Of a DNA stretch of 64,000 bases, positions 27,110-37,346 are shown in pieces. The position numbers and the translations under genes are program-made. The stretch covers positions 1 through 64,000 of the forward strand of contig CAMTVD010000016.1 of the NCBI GenBank assembly GCA_947085095.1, in the 5' to 3' direction. Each line of letters starts with the position of its first letter. The first letter of the stretch is position 1. Origin of the DNA: an uncultured Thermus sp. Its GTDB lineage: Bacteria > Deinococcota > Deinococci > Deinococcales > Thermaceae. The notes under the pieces are model-generated. The model was not told the origin of the DNA, did not search any database, and saw only the letters and a list, made by a program, of their open reading frames with translations.

Positions 27110-28629
27110 CCCTCCAGCTTCCTCACCAGCTCCTCCTTGAGGGCGAAGAGCCTCTCCGTGAGGGAGACGTGGTAGATGTGGGGGTTCACCAGGCGGCGGA
27201 CCCCGGGGTCCAGCCGGGCCACGTCCTCGTCCCGCCTCCTCCTCAAGGCCTCTATGGGGAGAGGGGGAAAGAGGCGCCTGCCCCCTCGGAAGGCCTCCAC
27301 CAGGAGGGGCTCCAGGGCGAAGTTTCCGGGGCTTAGGGTGCGCCTTTTGGTGGGGTCTGTGGGGTGGCGGAGGCAGAGGGGTGAGTCGGGGCGCACCTCC
27401 TCCTCGGCCAGGGAGAGGAGGTCAGCGGTGGCCAGGCCCCGGGCATCGTAGACCCGGTAGACCCGCTTGTGCCCGGGGTTCAGGATCTTCTCCAGGGAGT
27501 CCGAGATCTTGATAGCCGGGGCCCAGCTCCCGTTTTCCCGGATGGCCACCAGCTTGTACACCCCCCCCAGGGCGGGGTAGCCCCAGGAGACCACCATCCG
27601 GGTGCCCACCCCAAAGACCAGGCGCTTCAGAAGCCCCTCCGGGTCCACCCCGTAGCGGGGGGCCTCCTCCAGGATCTGGCTCTTGATCTGCCAGATCACG
27701 AGCTCGTCCAGGTCCCCGGAGAGGACGATCAGGGTCTCGGGGAAGCCCGCCTTGTTGAGCTCCCGGGCCACCTGGATGGCCAGGTAGGCCAGGTCCCCGG
27801 AGTCTATGCGCACCCCCACGGGCCTGTGCCCCTTCTTGCGCAAAGCCTCAAAGACCTTGATGGCGTGGGGCAGGCCGGAGTGGAGGGTGTCCACGGTGTC
27901 CAGGAGGAGGATGGTGTCGTCGGGGAAGACCTCGGCGAAAGCCTGGAAGGCCTCTTCTTCCGAATAGCCCAGGGCCAGGAAGGCCTGGACCAGGCTGTGG
28001 GCGTGGGTGCCGGAGGAGGGGAGGCCCAGGAGGTGGGAGAGGGAGACGGCGCTGGAGCGGTTCGCCCCCCCGATGAGGCTCGCCCGGGTGGCGCCCTCCC
28101 CCCCCTTGCCCGGGGCCCGGCGCAGGCCGAACTCCAGCACCACCGCCTCCCCCGCCGCCTCCCGCACCCGGCTGGCCTTGGTGGCGATGAGGGTCTCGTG
28201 GTTGATGCGGTTGAGGAGGGCCGTCTCCAGGAGCTGGGCCTGGAGGAGGGGCCCCTCCACGCTGATGAGGGGGACCTGGGGGTGGGCCACCCGGCCCTCG
28301 GGGAGGGCCCTCAGGGTGAGGTCCGAGAAACCTCCCATCTCCCGTAGGTAGGCCAGGTAGTCCTCGGAGAAGAGGGGTTTCCCGGAGCGGCTCTTAAGGG
28401 CTCTCAGGGCGGCGATCTCCCCCTCGCCGAAGCGGGCCTCCTCCATCCAGGAGAGGAGGGGGTCCAGCCCGGCGAAGACGGTGTACCCCGCCTGGTGGGC
28501 CCCGTAGTCGGGGTTCTTGCGGTAAAAGGCCTCAAAGAGGGCGGGGCGCTCGTGGAGGCCCATGCGGAAGTAGACCTGGCCCATGGTGAGCTGGTAAAGG
28601 TCGGTGTAGAGGATGCCGAAGGGGTCCAT
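27106..28629 (-). CDS. pncB: nicotinate phosphoribosyltransferase
   Basis: [31 protein letters not shown]. Confidence 0.93.
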   Translation of the reverse strand: MDPFGILYTDLYQLTMGQVYFRMGLHERPALFEAFYRKNPDYGAHQAGYTVFAGLDPLLSWMEEARFGEGEIAALRALKSRSGKPLFSEDYLAYLREMGGFSDLTLRALPEGRVAHPQVPLISVEGPLLQAQLLETALLNRINHETLIATKASRVREAAGEAVVLEFGLRRAPGKGGEGATRASLIGGANRSSAVSLSHLLGLPSSGTHAHSLVQAFLALGYSEEEAFQAFAEVFPDDTILLLDTVDTLHSGLPHAIKVFEALRKKGHRPVGVRIDSGDLAYLAIQVARELNKAGFPETLIVLSGDLDELVIWQIKSQILEEAPRYGVDPEGLLKRLVFGVGTRMVVSWGYPALGGVYKLVAIRENGSWAPAIKISDSLEKILNPGHKRVYRVYDARGLATADLLSLAEEEVRPDSPLCLRHPTDPTKRRTLSPGNFALEPLLVEAFRGGRRLFPPLPIEALRRRRDEDVARLDPGVRRLVNPHIYHVSLTERLFALKEELVRKLEG

Positions 28630-28671
28630 GGGGGTAGCATAGCCCCTCTTTTCCGGCTACACTAGCGGGAT

Positions 28672-31600
28672 ATGGTGGAGGTTCACACCTGCAGCCCCGG
28701 CTGCCGCCACCACCTGGGGGGGGCGGGCTTTGGGGAGGCCCCCTTGGTGCGCCTGGGCTACAACAAGGAGGCCCGGGCCAGGAAGTTCCCCTACCTGAAG
28801 GCCCTCCTGGAAAGGCCTTTGGTCTTTGACGGGGCCATGGGCACCGAGCTGCAGAAGCGGGACCTCTCCCCCGAGGATTACGGAGGGGAGGCCTACTTCG
28901 GCTGCCCGGAGATCCTGAACGCCACCCGGCCCGGGGTGATCCGGGAGATCCACCTGGCCTATCTGCAGGCGGGGGCGGAGGTCATAGAGACCAACACCTT
29001 CGGGGCGCTGCGCCACGTGCTGGCGGAGTACGGCCTGGGGGAGAGGGCGGAGGAGCTTAGCTACCTGGGGGCCAGGATCGCCCGGGAGGCCGCCGATGCC
29101 TTTGGGGCCTTCGTGGCCGGGGCTCTGGGCCCGGGCACCAAGCTCATCTCCTTGGGCCAGATCGCCTGGGAAGAGCTCCATGAGGCCTACAAGGAGGCGG
29201 CGCGGGGGCTTCTTCGGGGTGGGGTGGACCTGATCCTATTGGAGACCGCCCAGGACATCCTCCAGGTGCGCTGCGCCGTCCTGGCGGTGCGGGAGGCCAT
29301 GGCCGAGGTGGGGCGGGAGGTGCCCCTCCAGGTCCAGGTGACCATAGAGGCCACGGGCACCATGCTGGTGGGCACGGACGAGCAGGCGGCTTTGGCCGCC
29401 CTGGAGAGCCTCCCCATAGACGTGGTGGGGATGAACTGCGCCACCGGCCCCGACCTCATGGACAGCAAGATCCGCCACTTCGCCCAGCACAGCACCCGCT
29501 TCGTCTCCTGTCTCCCCAACGCCGGCCTGCCCCGGAACGAGGGGGGGAGGGTGGTCTACGACCTAAGCCCGGAGGAGCTGGCCCGCTGGCACCGCAAGTT
29601 CGTGGCGGAGTACGGGGTGAACGCCGTGGGGGGGTGTTGCGGCACGGGCCCCGAGCACATCCGCAAGGTGGCGGAGGCGGTGAAGGGCCTCCCCCCTCCT
29701 CCCCGCCCCCGGGCCTTCCCCCCCCAGGCCGCCTCCTTGTACCTGGCGGTGCCCCTCAAGCAGGAGGCGAGCGTCTTCCTGGTGGGGGAGAGGCTGAACG
29801 CCACGGGGAGCAAGCGCTTTCGGGAGATGCTCTTTAGCCGGGACCTCGAGGGCATCCTGGCCCTGGCGAGGGAGCAGGTGGAGGAGGGGGCCCACGCCCT
29901 GGACCTCTCCGTGGCCTGGACGGGGCGGGACGAGCTAGAGGACCTAAGGTGGCTCCTCCCCCACCTGGCCACGGCGGTCACCGTGCCCTTCATGGTGGAC
30001 TCCACTTCGCCGGAGGCCATGGAGCTCGCCCTTAAGCACCTTCCGGGCCGGGTTCTCCTCAACTCGGTGAACCTGGAGGAGGGGCTTCCCAAGTTTGACC
30101 AGGTGGCCTCGCTGGCCAAGGCCCACGGGGCGGCCCTGGTGGCCCTGGCCATTGACGAGAGGGGCATGGCCAAGACGAAGGAGGAGAAGGTCCGGGTGGC
30201 CCTGAGGATGTATGAGCGCCTCACGGAGCATCACGGCTTCCGCCCCGAGGACCTCCTCTTTGACCTCCTCACCTTCCCCATCACCCAAGGGGACGAGGAG
30301 AGCCGCCCCCTGGCCCGGGAGACCCTCCTCGCCCTGGAGGAGCTAGGGGAGAGGCTTCCCGGGGTGGGGTTCATCCTGGGGGTTTCCAACGTTTCCTTCG
30401 GCCTCAGGCCCCGGGCCAGGCGGGTCCTGAACTCCGTCTTCCTGGACGAGGCCAGGAAGCGGGGCCTCACCGCCGCCATCGTGGACGCGGGGAAGATCCT
30501 CCCCATAGCCCAGATCCCCGAGGAGGCCTATGCCTTGGCCCTGGACCTCATCCACGACCGGAGGCGGGAGGGCTTTGATCCCCTTTTCGCCTTCATGGCC
30601 TACTTTGAGGCCCACCAGGAGGACGTGGGGGCCAAGGAGGACGCCTTTTCCGCTTTGCCCCTTCTGGAAAGGCTCAGGCGGCGCGTCGTGGAGGGGCGGA
30701 AGGGGGGCCTCGAGGCCGACCTGGAGGAAGCGCTAAAGGCGGGGCACAGGCCCCTGGACCTCATCAACGGGCCCCTTCTTGAGGGGATGAAGGAGGTGGG
30801 GGAGCTCTTCGGGGCGGGGAGGATGCAGCTTCCCTTCGTCCTCCAGGCGGCGGAGGTGATGAAGCGGGCCGTGGCCTTTTTGGAGCCCCACATGGAAAAG
30901 CGGGGGGCGGGCAAGGGCAAGATGGTCCTGGCCACGGTGAAGGGGGACGTGCACGACATCGGCAAGAACCTGGTGGACATCATCCTCACCAACAACGGCT
31001 ACCGGGTGGTGAACCTGGGCATCAAGGTCCCCATAGAGGAGATGCTGAAGGCGGTGGAGGAGCACAAGCCCCACGCCCTGGGGATGTCGGGCCTCTTGGT
31101 GAAGAGCACCCAGGTGATGAAGGAAAACCTGGAGTACATGGCGGAAAGGGGCTACACCCTCCCCGTGATCCTGGGCGGGGCGGCCCTCACCCGGGCTTAC
31201 GTGGAGGAGCTAAAGGCCATCTACCCCAACGTCTACTACGCCGAGGACGCCTTTGAGGGCCTGAGGCTCATGGAGGAGCTCACCGGCCACGCCCCTTCCG
31301 AGCTCACCCGGCGGGAGGCCCCGAAGCCCAAGAGGACCCTTCCCCAGGTGGAGGCCAGGGCCAAGCCCGTGGGGGAGGCCCCCGCCATCCCCCGCCCCCC
31401 CTTCTTCGGGGTGCGGCGGGAAGCGGGCCTGGACCTGTACACCATCGCCCACTACCTGAACAAGCTGGCCCTCTACCGGGGGCAGTGGGGCTACAGCCGC
31501 AAGGGGCTTTCCCGGGAGGCCTGGCAGGCCCTGGTGGAGCGGGAGGCGGAGCCCGTCTTCCAGCGGCTCCTCAAGGAGGCCAAGGAGGAGGGGTGGCTGG

Positions 31601-32229
31601 CCCCCAAGGTCCTCTACGGCTTCTTCCCCGTGGCCCGGGAGGGGGAGGAGCTCTTGGTTTTCCACCCCGGGACCGGGGAGGTCCTGGAGCGCTTCCGCTT
31701 CCCCCGGCAACGGGGCGGGGGGCTATCCCTTTTGGACTACTTCCGCCCCCGCTTCGCCCCGCCCCTAGGGGACGAGGAGGCCTGGATGCCGGAGGCCGCC
31801 TTCCGGATGGGGGCGCGGGATGTCCTGGGAGTGCAGCTCGTCACCATGGGGGAGGAGCCCTCCTTGAAGGCCAAGGCCCTCTTTGAAAGCGGGGCCTACC
31901 AGGACTACCTCTTCGTCCACGGCTTCAGCGTGGAGATGACCGAGGCCCTGGCGGAGTACTGGCACAAGAGGATGCGGCAGATGTGGGGCATCGCGGGCCA
32001 GGACGCCACCGACGTCCGCAAGCTCTTCCAGCAGGGCTACCAGGGGGCCCGCTACTCCTTCGGCTACCCCGCCTGCCCGGACCTTTCCGACCAGGCCAAG
32101 CTGGACCGCCTCATGGGCTTCGCCCGCGTGGGGGTGCGCCTCACGGAGAGCTACCAGCTGGAACCCGAGCACGCCACCAGCGCCCTGGTGGTCCACCACC
32201 CCGAGGCCCGCTACTTCAGCGTGGACTGA
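28672..32229 (+). CDS. metH: cobalamin-dependent methionine synthase
   Basis: DGAMGT, GGCCGT, GERLN, TVKGDVHDIGKN B12 motif, RYSFGYPACP. Confidence 0.97.
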   Translation: MVEVHTCSPGCRHHLGGAGFGEAPLVRLGYNKEARARKFPYLKALLERPLVFDGAMGTELQKRDLSPEDYGGEAYFGCPEILNATRPGVIREIHLAYLQAGAEVIETNTFGALRHVLAEYGLGERAEELSYLGARIAREAADAFGAFVAGALGPGTKLISLGQIAWEELHEAYKEAARGLLRGGVDLILLETAQDILQVRCAVLAVREAMAEVGREVPLQVQVTIEATGTMLVGTDEQAALAALESLPIDVVGMNCATGPDLMDSKIRHFAQHSTRFVSCLPNAGLPRNEGGRVVYDLSPEELARWHRKFVAEYGVNAVGGCCGTGPEHIRKVAEAVKGLPPPPRPRAFPPQAASLYLAVPLKQEASVFLVGERLNATGSKRFREMLFSRDLEGILALAREQVEEGAHALDLSVAWTGRDELEDLRWLLPHLATAVTVPFMVDSTSPEAMELALKHLPGRVLLNSVNLEEGLPKFDQVASLAKAHGAALVALAIDERGMAKTKEEKVRVALRMYERLTEHHGFRPEDLLFDLLTFPITQGDEESRPLARETLLALEELGERLPGVGFILGVSNVSFGLRPRARRVLNSVFLDEARKRGLTAAIVDAGKILPIAQIPEEAYALALDLIHDRRREGFDPLFAFMAYFEAHQEDVGAKEDAFSALPLLERLRRRVVEGRKGGLEADLEEALKAGHRPLDLINGPLLEGMKEVGELFGAGRMQLPFVLQAAEVMKRAVAFLEPHMEKRGAGKGKMVLATVKGDVHDIGKNLVDIILTNNGYRVVNLGIKVPIEEMLKAVEEHKPHALGMSGLLVKSTQVMKENLEYMAERGYTLPVILGGAALTRAYVEELKAIYPNVYYAEDAFEGLRLMEELTGHAPSELTRREAPKPKRTLPQVEARAKPVGEAPAIPRPPFFGVRREAGLDLYTIAHYLNKLALYRGQWGYSRKGLSREAWQALVEREAEPVFQRLLKEAKEEGWLAPKVLYGFFPVAREGEELLVFHPGTGEVLERFRFPRQRGGGLSLLDYFRPRFAPPLGDEEAWMPEAAFRMGARDVLGVQLVTMGEEPSLKAKALFESGAYQDYLFVHGFSVEMTEALAEYWHKRMRQMWGIAGQDATDVRKLFQQGYQGARYSFGYPACPDLSDQAKLDRLMGFARVGVRLTESYQLEPEHATSALVVHHPEARYFSVD

Positions 32230-32232
32230 CCC

Positions 32233-32754
32233 TTAGACCCACCAGGCGATGGGGCGGGTGGGGAAGGCTCTGGGGGCCACGGCCTCCCCCTTGGGGTGGC
32301 GCTCCATGGCGTAGTGGGGGAAGGCGTAGACCTCGAGGACCTCCTCCACCAGGTTCACCAGCCAGATCTCGGGGATGCCCGCCTTCTGGTAGAGGGGGAG
32401 CTTCAGGGTGCGGTCCTGGACCAGGGTGGTGTCCGCGATCTCCACCAGGAGGAGGACGTCCTCAGGGCCGGGGTCCCGCTCTCGGTAGGCCTCCAGGGAA
32501 GGGCGGAGAAGGGCCAGGTCCGGGATGGGCTCCGAGTCGGCGGAAAGGGCTAGGGGGCACTGGACCATGACCACGGCTTCGTCGCCGAAGGCTTCCTGAA
32601 AGACCCTGTCCAGGTGCATTACGTAGAGCCGATGCTTTTTCCCCATGGGCGACACGGCGTACACCTCCCCTTCCAGAAGCTCCACCCGCTCGGGAAGGGC
32701 CCCTGCCTCGTAGGCCTTGTGGTAGGCCTCCACCGTGAAGCGGTGCTTGACCAT
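32233..32754 (-). CDS. Uma2-family endonuclease
   Basis: VELLEG, EP.PD, LLVEIAD...DR..K..LY..AGIPEIWLV. Confidence 0.9.
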   Translation of the reverse strand: MVKHRFTVEAYHKAYEAGALPERVELLEGEVYAVSPMGKKHRLYVMHLDRVFQEAFGDEAVVMVQCPLALSADSEPIPDLALLRPSLEAYRERDPGPEDVLLLVEIADTTLVQDRTLKLPLYQKAGIPEIWLVNLVEEVLEVYAFPHYAMERHPKGEAVAPRAFPTRPIAWWV

Positions 32755-32776
32755 CTCCCCTGAGTATACTTCGGCC

Positions 32777-34627
32777 GTGCTGGGCCTCTACCACGCCGCC
32801 CGCCTTCTTGGGCTCCGCCCGGCCCTCCTGGAGTCCCTGGGGCCAAAGACCCCCTTTTCCCGGCTCTCCCTCCTGGGGCTAAGGCCCCGGCACCGCCTCG
32901 AGGTCCTGGAGGACAGGCTCTACCTGGATGGGCGCCGGGTGGGGGAGGCATTGGACCTCTTCCGCTATCTGGAAAGGGGCCTGGGCCGGGGCTTTTTCCC
33001 GGCCTGGATGGGCTTTTTCGCCTACGAGTTCGCCCGCCACCTGGGGCTTCCCACCCACCCGCCCGTGCCCGGCCTCCCCGAGGCCGCCTTCTTCTACTAC
33101 CCTGAGGGCTTCGCCCTCCTGGAGGGGAGGTTGGTGGAGCGGCCCCCCTTCCCCCCAAGGCCCTTCCCTTACCTCCCGCCCACCTTTCCGCCCCTTGACC
33201 TGAGGAGCGACTACCCCGAGGCCCGCTTCCTGGAAGGGGTGAAGGAAGTCCAGGAGCGGATCCGGGCCGGGGTGGTCTACCAGGTGAACCTCTCCCACCG
33301 CTTCCGGGTCCGGGCGCCCCTGGACCCCCTGGCCCTCTACGCCCGCCTTCGGGAGCTGAACCCCTCCCCCTTCATGGGGCTTTTGGAAGGGGAGGGGTGG
33401 GCGGTGGTCTCGGGGAGCCCGGAGCGGCTCTTCCAAAAGGTGGGGGCCAGGGTCCTGGCCCGGCCCATCGCCGGGACCCGGCCCCGGGGGCGGGGCGAGG
33501 CAGAGGACCAAACTCTGGAGCGGGAGCTCCTCTCCTCCCCCAAGGAGCGGGCGGAGCACGCCATGCTGGTGGACCTGGTGCGCAACGACCTGGCCAGGGT
33601 GGCCCTGCCCGGGACGGTGCGGGTGCGGGAGCTTTTCACCGTGGAGCGCTACGCCCACGTGATGCACCTGGTTTCCGAGGTGGAGGGGTATACCCGGGCC
33701 CCCTTGGGGGAGGTCTTCGCCGCCCTCTTCCCCGGGGGGACCATCACCGGGGCCCCCAAGGGCACGGTCATGGAGGCTATCCGGGACCTCGAGCCCGTCC
33801 CCCGGGGGGCCTACACCGGGAGCCTGGGGTACGTGTCCGGCAGGGGGGCGGACTTCAACATCCTCATCCGCTCCTTCTACCGGGTGGGGGATACCCTCCA
33901 CTTCTCCGCGGGGGCCGGGGTGGTCATCGCCTCCTCCCCCGAGGCGGAGTACCGGGAGACCCTCCACAAGGCGGAAGGGCTTCTAAGGGCCCTGAAGGGA
34001 GGACGTCCGGGAAGTCCCCTCGCCCCCCCTAAGCCCACCGCCTTCTGGGCCCCGCCCCCCCCACCCCGCCGGGTGGCCGCCCGGGTCCTCTTCCTGGAGA
34101 ACCGGGACTCCTTCAGCTACAACCTGGTGGACTACCTGCGGGCCCTGGGGGCGGAGGTGGCCGTGGTGGACCAGGAGGAGGACCCCAGGTTTTCCGGTTT
34201 TACCCACCTCCTGGTGGGCCCGGGGCCCAAGGACCCCTTCACCGCCGGAAGGGTCTTGGAGTGGACAAAAAGGGCCCTAAAGGAGGGGATCCCCTTCCTC
34301 GGGGTCTGCCTGGGCCACCAGGCCCTGGGGGTGGCCCTGGGGGCGGAGCTTTACCGGGAGGCCCCGGTGCACGGGGAGGCCCACCCCGTCCACCACTCGG
34401 GGGAGGCCTTGTTCCGGGGTTTTCCCGACCCCCTGCCCTTCGCCCGCTACCACTCCCTGGCCCTGAGGCGGCTCCCCTCTGGCCTCCGCCTTTTGGCCTG
34501 GACGGGGGACGGGGTGCCCATGGCCATCTGGGACGGTAAGGCGGCCTTTGGCGTTCAGTTCCACCCAGAGAGCATCCTCTCCCCCTGGGGCATGGAGCTT
34601 CTGGCGCGGTTTCTGGAGGTGGGATGA
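32777..34627 (+). CDS. pabB: aminodeoxychorismate synthase, PabB/TrpE domain fused to a C-terminal glutamine amidotransferase
   Basis: YQVNLS, SPERL, PIAGT, TITGAPK; then GPGP, GVCLGHQ, RYHSL, QFHPES. Confidence 0.85.
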   Translation: MLGLYHAARLLGLRPALLESLGPKTPFSRLSLLGLRPRHRLEVLEDRLYLDGRRVGEALDLFRYLERGLGRGFFPAWMGFFAYEFARHLGLPTHPPVPGLPEAAFFYYPEGFALLEGRLVERPPFPPRPFPYLPPTFPPLDLRSDYPEARFLEGVKEVQERIRAGVVYQVNLSHRFRVRAPLDPLALYARLRELNPSPFMGLLEGEGWAVVSGSPERLFQKVGARVLARPIAGTRPRGRGEAEDQTLERELLSSPKERAEHAMLVDLVRNDLARVALPGTVRVRELFTVERYAHVMHLVSEVEGYTRAPLGEVFAALFPGGTITGAPKGTVMEAIRDLEPVPRGAYTGSLGYVSGRGADFNILIRSFYRVGDTLHFSAGAGVVIASSPEAEYRETLHKAEGLLRALKGGRPGSPLAPPKPTAFWAPPPPPRRVAARVLFLENRDSFSYNLVDYLRALGAEVAVVDQEEDPRFSGFTHLLVGPGPKDPFTAGRVLEWTKRALKEGIPFLGVCLGHQALGVALGAELYREAPVHGEAHPVHHSGEALFRGFPDPLPFARYHSLALRRLPSGLRLLAWTGDGVPMAIWDGKAAFGVQFHPESILSPWGMELLARFLEVG

Positions 34628-35370
34628 AGCGGGTTCTCCTCCGCGGCGAGCCCTTCCCTGAGCCCCTTCCCGAGGGCTTCCTCTACCACGGGCATAGCGT
34701 CTTTACCACCCTAAGGGCCGAGGGGGGGAGGCCCCTTTGGCTGGAGGACCACCTCGCCCGCCTCCGCCGCCACGCGGAGGCCCTGGGGCTTTCCTACCCC
34801 GGGGACGAGGCCTTCCTGAAGGACCTAAAGGCCCTCCTCGCCGCTTTTCCCGAGTCTCCCTGCCTTCGCCTCCGCCTCACCGTGGGGGAGGGGGTGTGGC
34901 TTTCCGAGGCCCGGCCCTACACGCCCCCGCCCCTCGCCCTCTACCGGGAGGGGGTCCGGGTCCACCTCAGCGCCCACCGGGTCCACCCCGACCTCTACCG
35001 GTACAAGACGGGGAACTACCTCCCCTACCGCCTGGCCCTGAGGGAGGCGGAGGAGAGGGGGGCCTTTGAGGGTCTTCTTTTGGACCAGGAGGGGCGCGTG
35101 GTGGATGGGAGCCGCACCAGCCCCCTCCTTTTCCGGGAGGGGACGCTTTACCTCCTGGAGGGGGGCCTCGAGGGCATCACCCGGGAGAGGGTGGCCCAGG
35201 CCGCCCTGGCCTTGGGCTTCCGGGTGGAGCGGGTCCGTTTGCGCCCTGAAGAGCTGGAGGGTACCCTCCTCCTCGCGGGGAGCGGGGTGGGCCTCCTTCC
35301 CGTGGGCAGGCCCCCTGGGGCCCTCCTTCCCCTCATAGAGCGCTTCCTCCCCGCCTGCTATACTGAATAG
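34624..35370 (+). CDS. pabC: class IV aminotransferase, probable aminodeoxychorismate lyase
   Basis: YHGHSVFTT, HLARL, YKTGNY, LEGITR; coupled to pabB. Confidence 0.8.
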   Translation: MKRVLLRGEPFPEPLPEGFLYHGHSVFTTLRAEGGRPLWLEDHLARLRRHAEALGLSYPGDEAFLKDLKALLAAFPESPCLRLRLTVGEGVWLSEARPYTPPPLALYREGVRVHLSAHRVHPDLYRYKTGNYLPYRLALREAEERGAFEGLLLDQEGRVVDGSRTSPLLFREGTLYLLEGGLEGITRERVAQAALALGFRVERVRLRPEELEGTLLLAGSGVGLLPVGRPPGALLPLIERFLPACYTE

Positions 35371-35429
35371 CGGTACCGCCAGCCCGAGGGTCCTGGGCTG
35401 GTCCCCCTTTTTGCACGGAGGAAAGAGGC

Positions 35430-35900
35430 ATGAAGAAGCCCATTTACCTGACCCCTGAGGGCTTTCGGCGCCTTCAGGAGGAGCTCAACCACCTGAAAAC
35501 CACCAAGCGGCAGGAGATCTCCGCCGACTTTGAGCAGGCTTTGGAGGAAGGGGACCTCCGGGAGAACGCCGGCTACGACGAGGCCCGGCGGGCCATGTGG
35601 CAGAACGAGGCCCGCATCGCCCAGCTGGAAGACCTCCTCGCCCGGGCGGTGGTGGTGGAGGGGAATGGCTCCTACGACCAGGTGGCCCTGGGGTGCCAGG
35701 TGGAGCTGGAAACGGAAACCGGGGAGAGGCTCTCCCTGGCCATCGTGGGGAGCCACGAGGCGGACATCTTCAGCGGCAGGATCTCTGACGAGTCCCCCCT
35801 GGGCCAGGCCCTCCTGGGCAAAAAGGTGGGGGACGTGGTGGAGATAAGGGGCAAGAAGGGAGCCCAGGTCTACACCATCCTGGAGATCAAACCCCTATAG
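35430..35900 (+). CDS. greA: transcription elongation factor
   Basis: GDLRENAGY, ISDESPLGQALLG. Confidence 0.95.
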   Translation: MKKPIYLTPEGFRRLQEELNHLKTTKRQEISADFEQALEEGDLRENAGYDEARRAMWQNEARIAQLEDLLARAVVVEGNGSYDQVALGCQVELETETGERLSLAIVGSHEADIFSGRISDESPLGQALLGKKVGDVVEIRGKKGAQVYTILEIKPL

Positions 35901-36552
35901 CCTCCGCCGAGCGCAAGGGGCCCAGGTGCTCCTCCGCGTGGGCCTTCAGGGCCAGGAGGAGGCGGTCCAGGGGGGCTTCCTCTAGGTAGGGGAGGGCCTC
36001 CCCTCCGGGAAGGTGGAGCACCGCCCGCAAGGCCTCTACCGCCTTCTCTCCCAAGTAGACCCCCTCCTCCCCCAAGCGCCCCCCCCGAAGGTGCAGGCCC
36101 GGCCCCAGGAGGCTTGGGGAAAGCCCCCCCGCCTTCACCACCCGCCAGCCCGCCCAGACCAGGGGGAGGAGGGGGTTTTCGTGCTTGGCGATGCCCCTGA
36201 GGCCGGAGACGAAGACGGGGTAGATCCTGGGGGCGGCTTCGGGGGAGGCCAGGCGGTAGCTGAGCTCGGCCAGAAAGGAGGCGAGGAGGAAGCGCCTTGG
36301 CTCCTCCAGGCCGTGGAGCCTGCCCACCAGCTCCGCCTGGGTCAGGGTGGGGAGGCCCTCCTCCTTGGCGTAGAGCTGGAAGCGCACGTGGTGAAAGAGG
36401 GAAAGCCTACCCGTGCGGCCCGTGGGCCTCTGGCCTTTGCGGGCCACGGCCTCGAGGCTCCCCCTGGGGGTGAGGAAGCGGAGGAGGAGGTCCCCCTGGG
36501 GCAGGGGCCTTCTGCCCACCACGATGCCCTCCTCAACCCGGTACCTTTCCAC
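35887..36552 (-). CDS. recO: DNA repair protein RecO
   Basis: EGIVV.R....DLLL.FLT..G...AVARK; RecO N-terminal OB fold. Confidence 0.85.
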   Translation of the reverse strand: MERYRVEEGIVVGRRPLPQGDLLLRFLTPRGSLEAVARKGQRPTGRTGRLSLFHHVRFQLYAKEEGLPTLTQAELVGRLHGLEEPRRFLLASFLAELSYRLASPEAAPRIYPVFVSGLRGIAKHENPLLPLVWAGWRVVKAGGLSPSLLGPGLHLRGGRLGEEGVYLGEKAVEALRAVLHLPGGEALPYLEEAPLDRLLLALKAHAEEHLGPLRSAEAIGV

Positions 36553-36575
36553 TTTCCCTAGTGTATGCTGAAGGC

Positions 36576-36815
36576 ATGGAACGCACTCTGCGCGACATCC
36601 TGGAATGGGTGGTCCTGGGGCTTCTGGTGGTGGTGGGGGTCCTCCTGGCCCTCTGGGTGGGGGGCTGGGTCTTCACCTTTTTGGGCAAGGTCCTCCTGGC
36701 CCTCTCCGGCCTCATCTGGACTCTCCTCACCTACGCCATCCCTGTCCTGATCGTGGCCGCCATCGGCTACGGGGTGGTCTACTTCTTGCAGAGGCGCTCT
36801 ACCAAAGCTTCCTAA
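36576..36815 (+). CDS. small hypothetical membrane protein (79 aa)
   Basis: Two hydrophobic helices; TATGCT 6 nt before the ATG. Confidence 0.75.
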   Translation: MERTLRDILEWVVLGLLVVVGVLLALWVGGWVFTFLGKVLLALSGLIWTLLTYAIPVLIVAAIGYGVVYFLQRRSTKAS

Positions 36816-36841
36816 CCTTTTCCCCGGGGCAAAGACCTGGA

Positions 36842-36982
36842 GCCTTCGCGGGGTTGCCTGGAGGAGGCCCCCATCTCTTGGGCTTCCGCAAGGCCTACGG
36901 GGAGCTCCTGGAGCTCCAGGCCCACAGGCTGAAGGCATCTATCCTGGGGAAAGACGCCTACACGCCGTATTACTTACGCTAG
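36842..36982 (+). pseudogene. probable 3' remnant of cas1
   Basis: HLLGFRKAYGELLELQAHRLKASILGKDAYTPYYLR* resembles the Cas1 C-terminus, has no credible start, and abuts the CRISPR leader. Confidence 0.65.
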
Positions 36983-37346
36983 GGATAGTTGCTATCAAGC
37001 TTAGGCTTGCGCGAACGAACCGGCATTTCTTTACGCTTCAGTAGCGTTTAGTATCCTTGTTCAAAGCATTTCTGCCCTATTTTTTTGACCTGGTATACCG
37101 TTTCGGTGATGTGCTATAATGAGCCCGTCCCGGGTAACCGGGAGGGGATCTTGAAAGCCAAACTTCCCTTGGGGATGGGCAATATGCGTTTTCACCTTCT
37201 CATCGCACCTTCTGCTGTGGCTTGAGGATGGGGCAAAACCCCCCAAAAACCCCCTTTATTCGCCTTACGCATATTCCAAGCTTCATCTTTCTCACAAACC
37301 CCCCCTCCAAAAGCCCCGTCCCACACAGGGAAAACCAGGGGGTAGA
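36983..37346 (+). promoter_or_regulatory. CRISPR leader region
   Basis: Non-coding and markedly AT-richer than the flanks; TGcTATAAT at 37112-37120; directly precedes the first repeat. Confidence 0.8.

Noticed and set aside
32233..32754. Uma2 nuclease as part of a defence island
   Set aside because: Solitary Uma2 genes are common in Thermus; neighbours are housekeeping genes.
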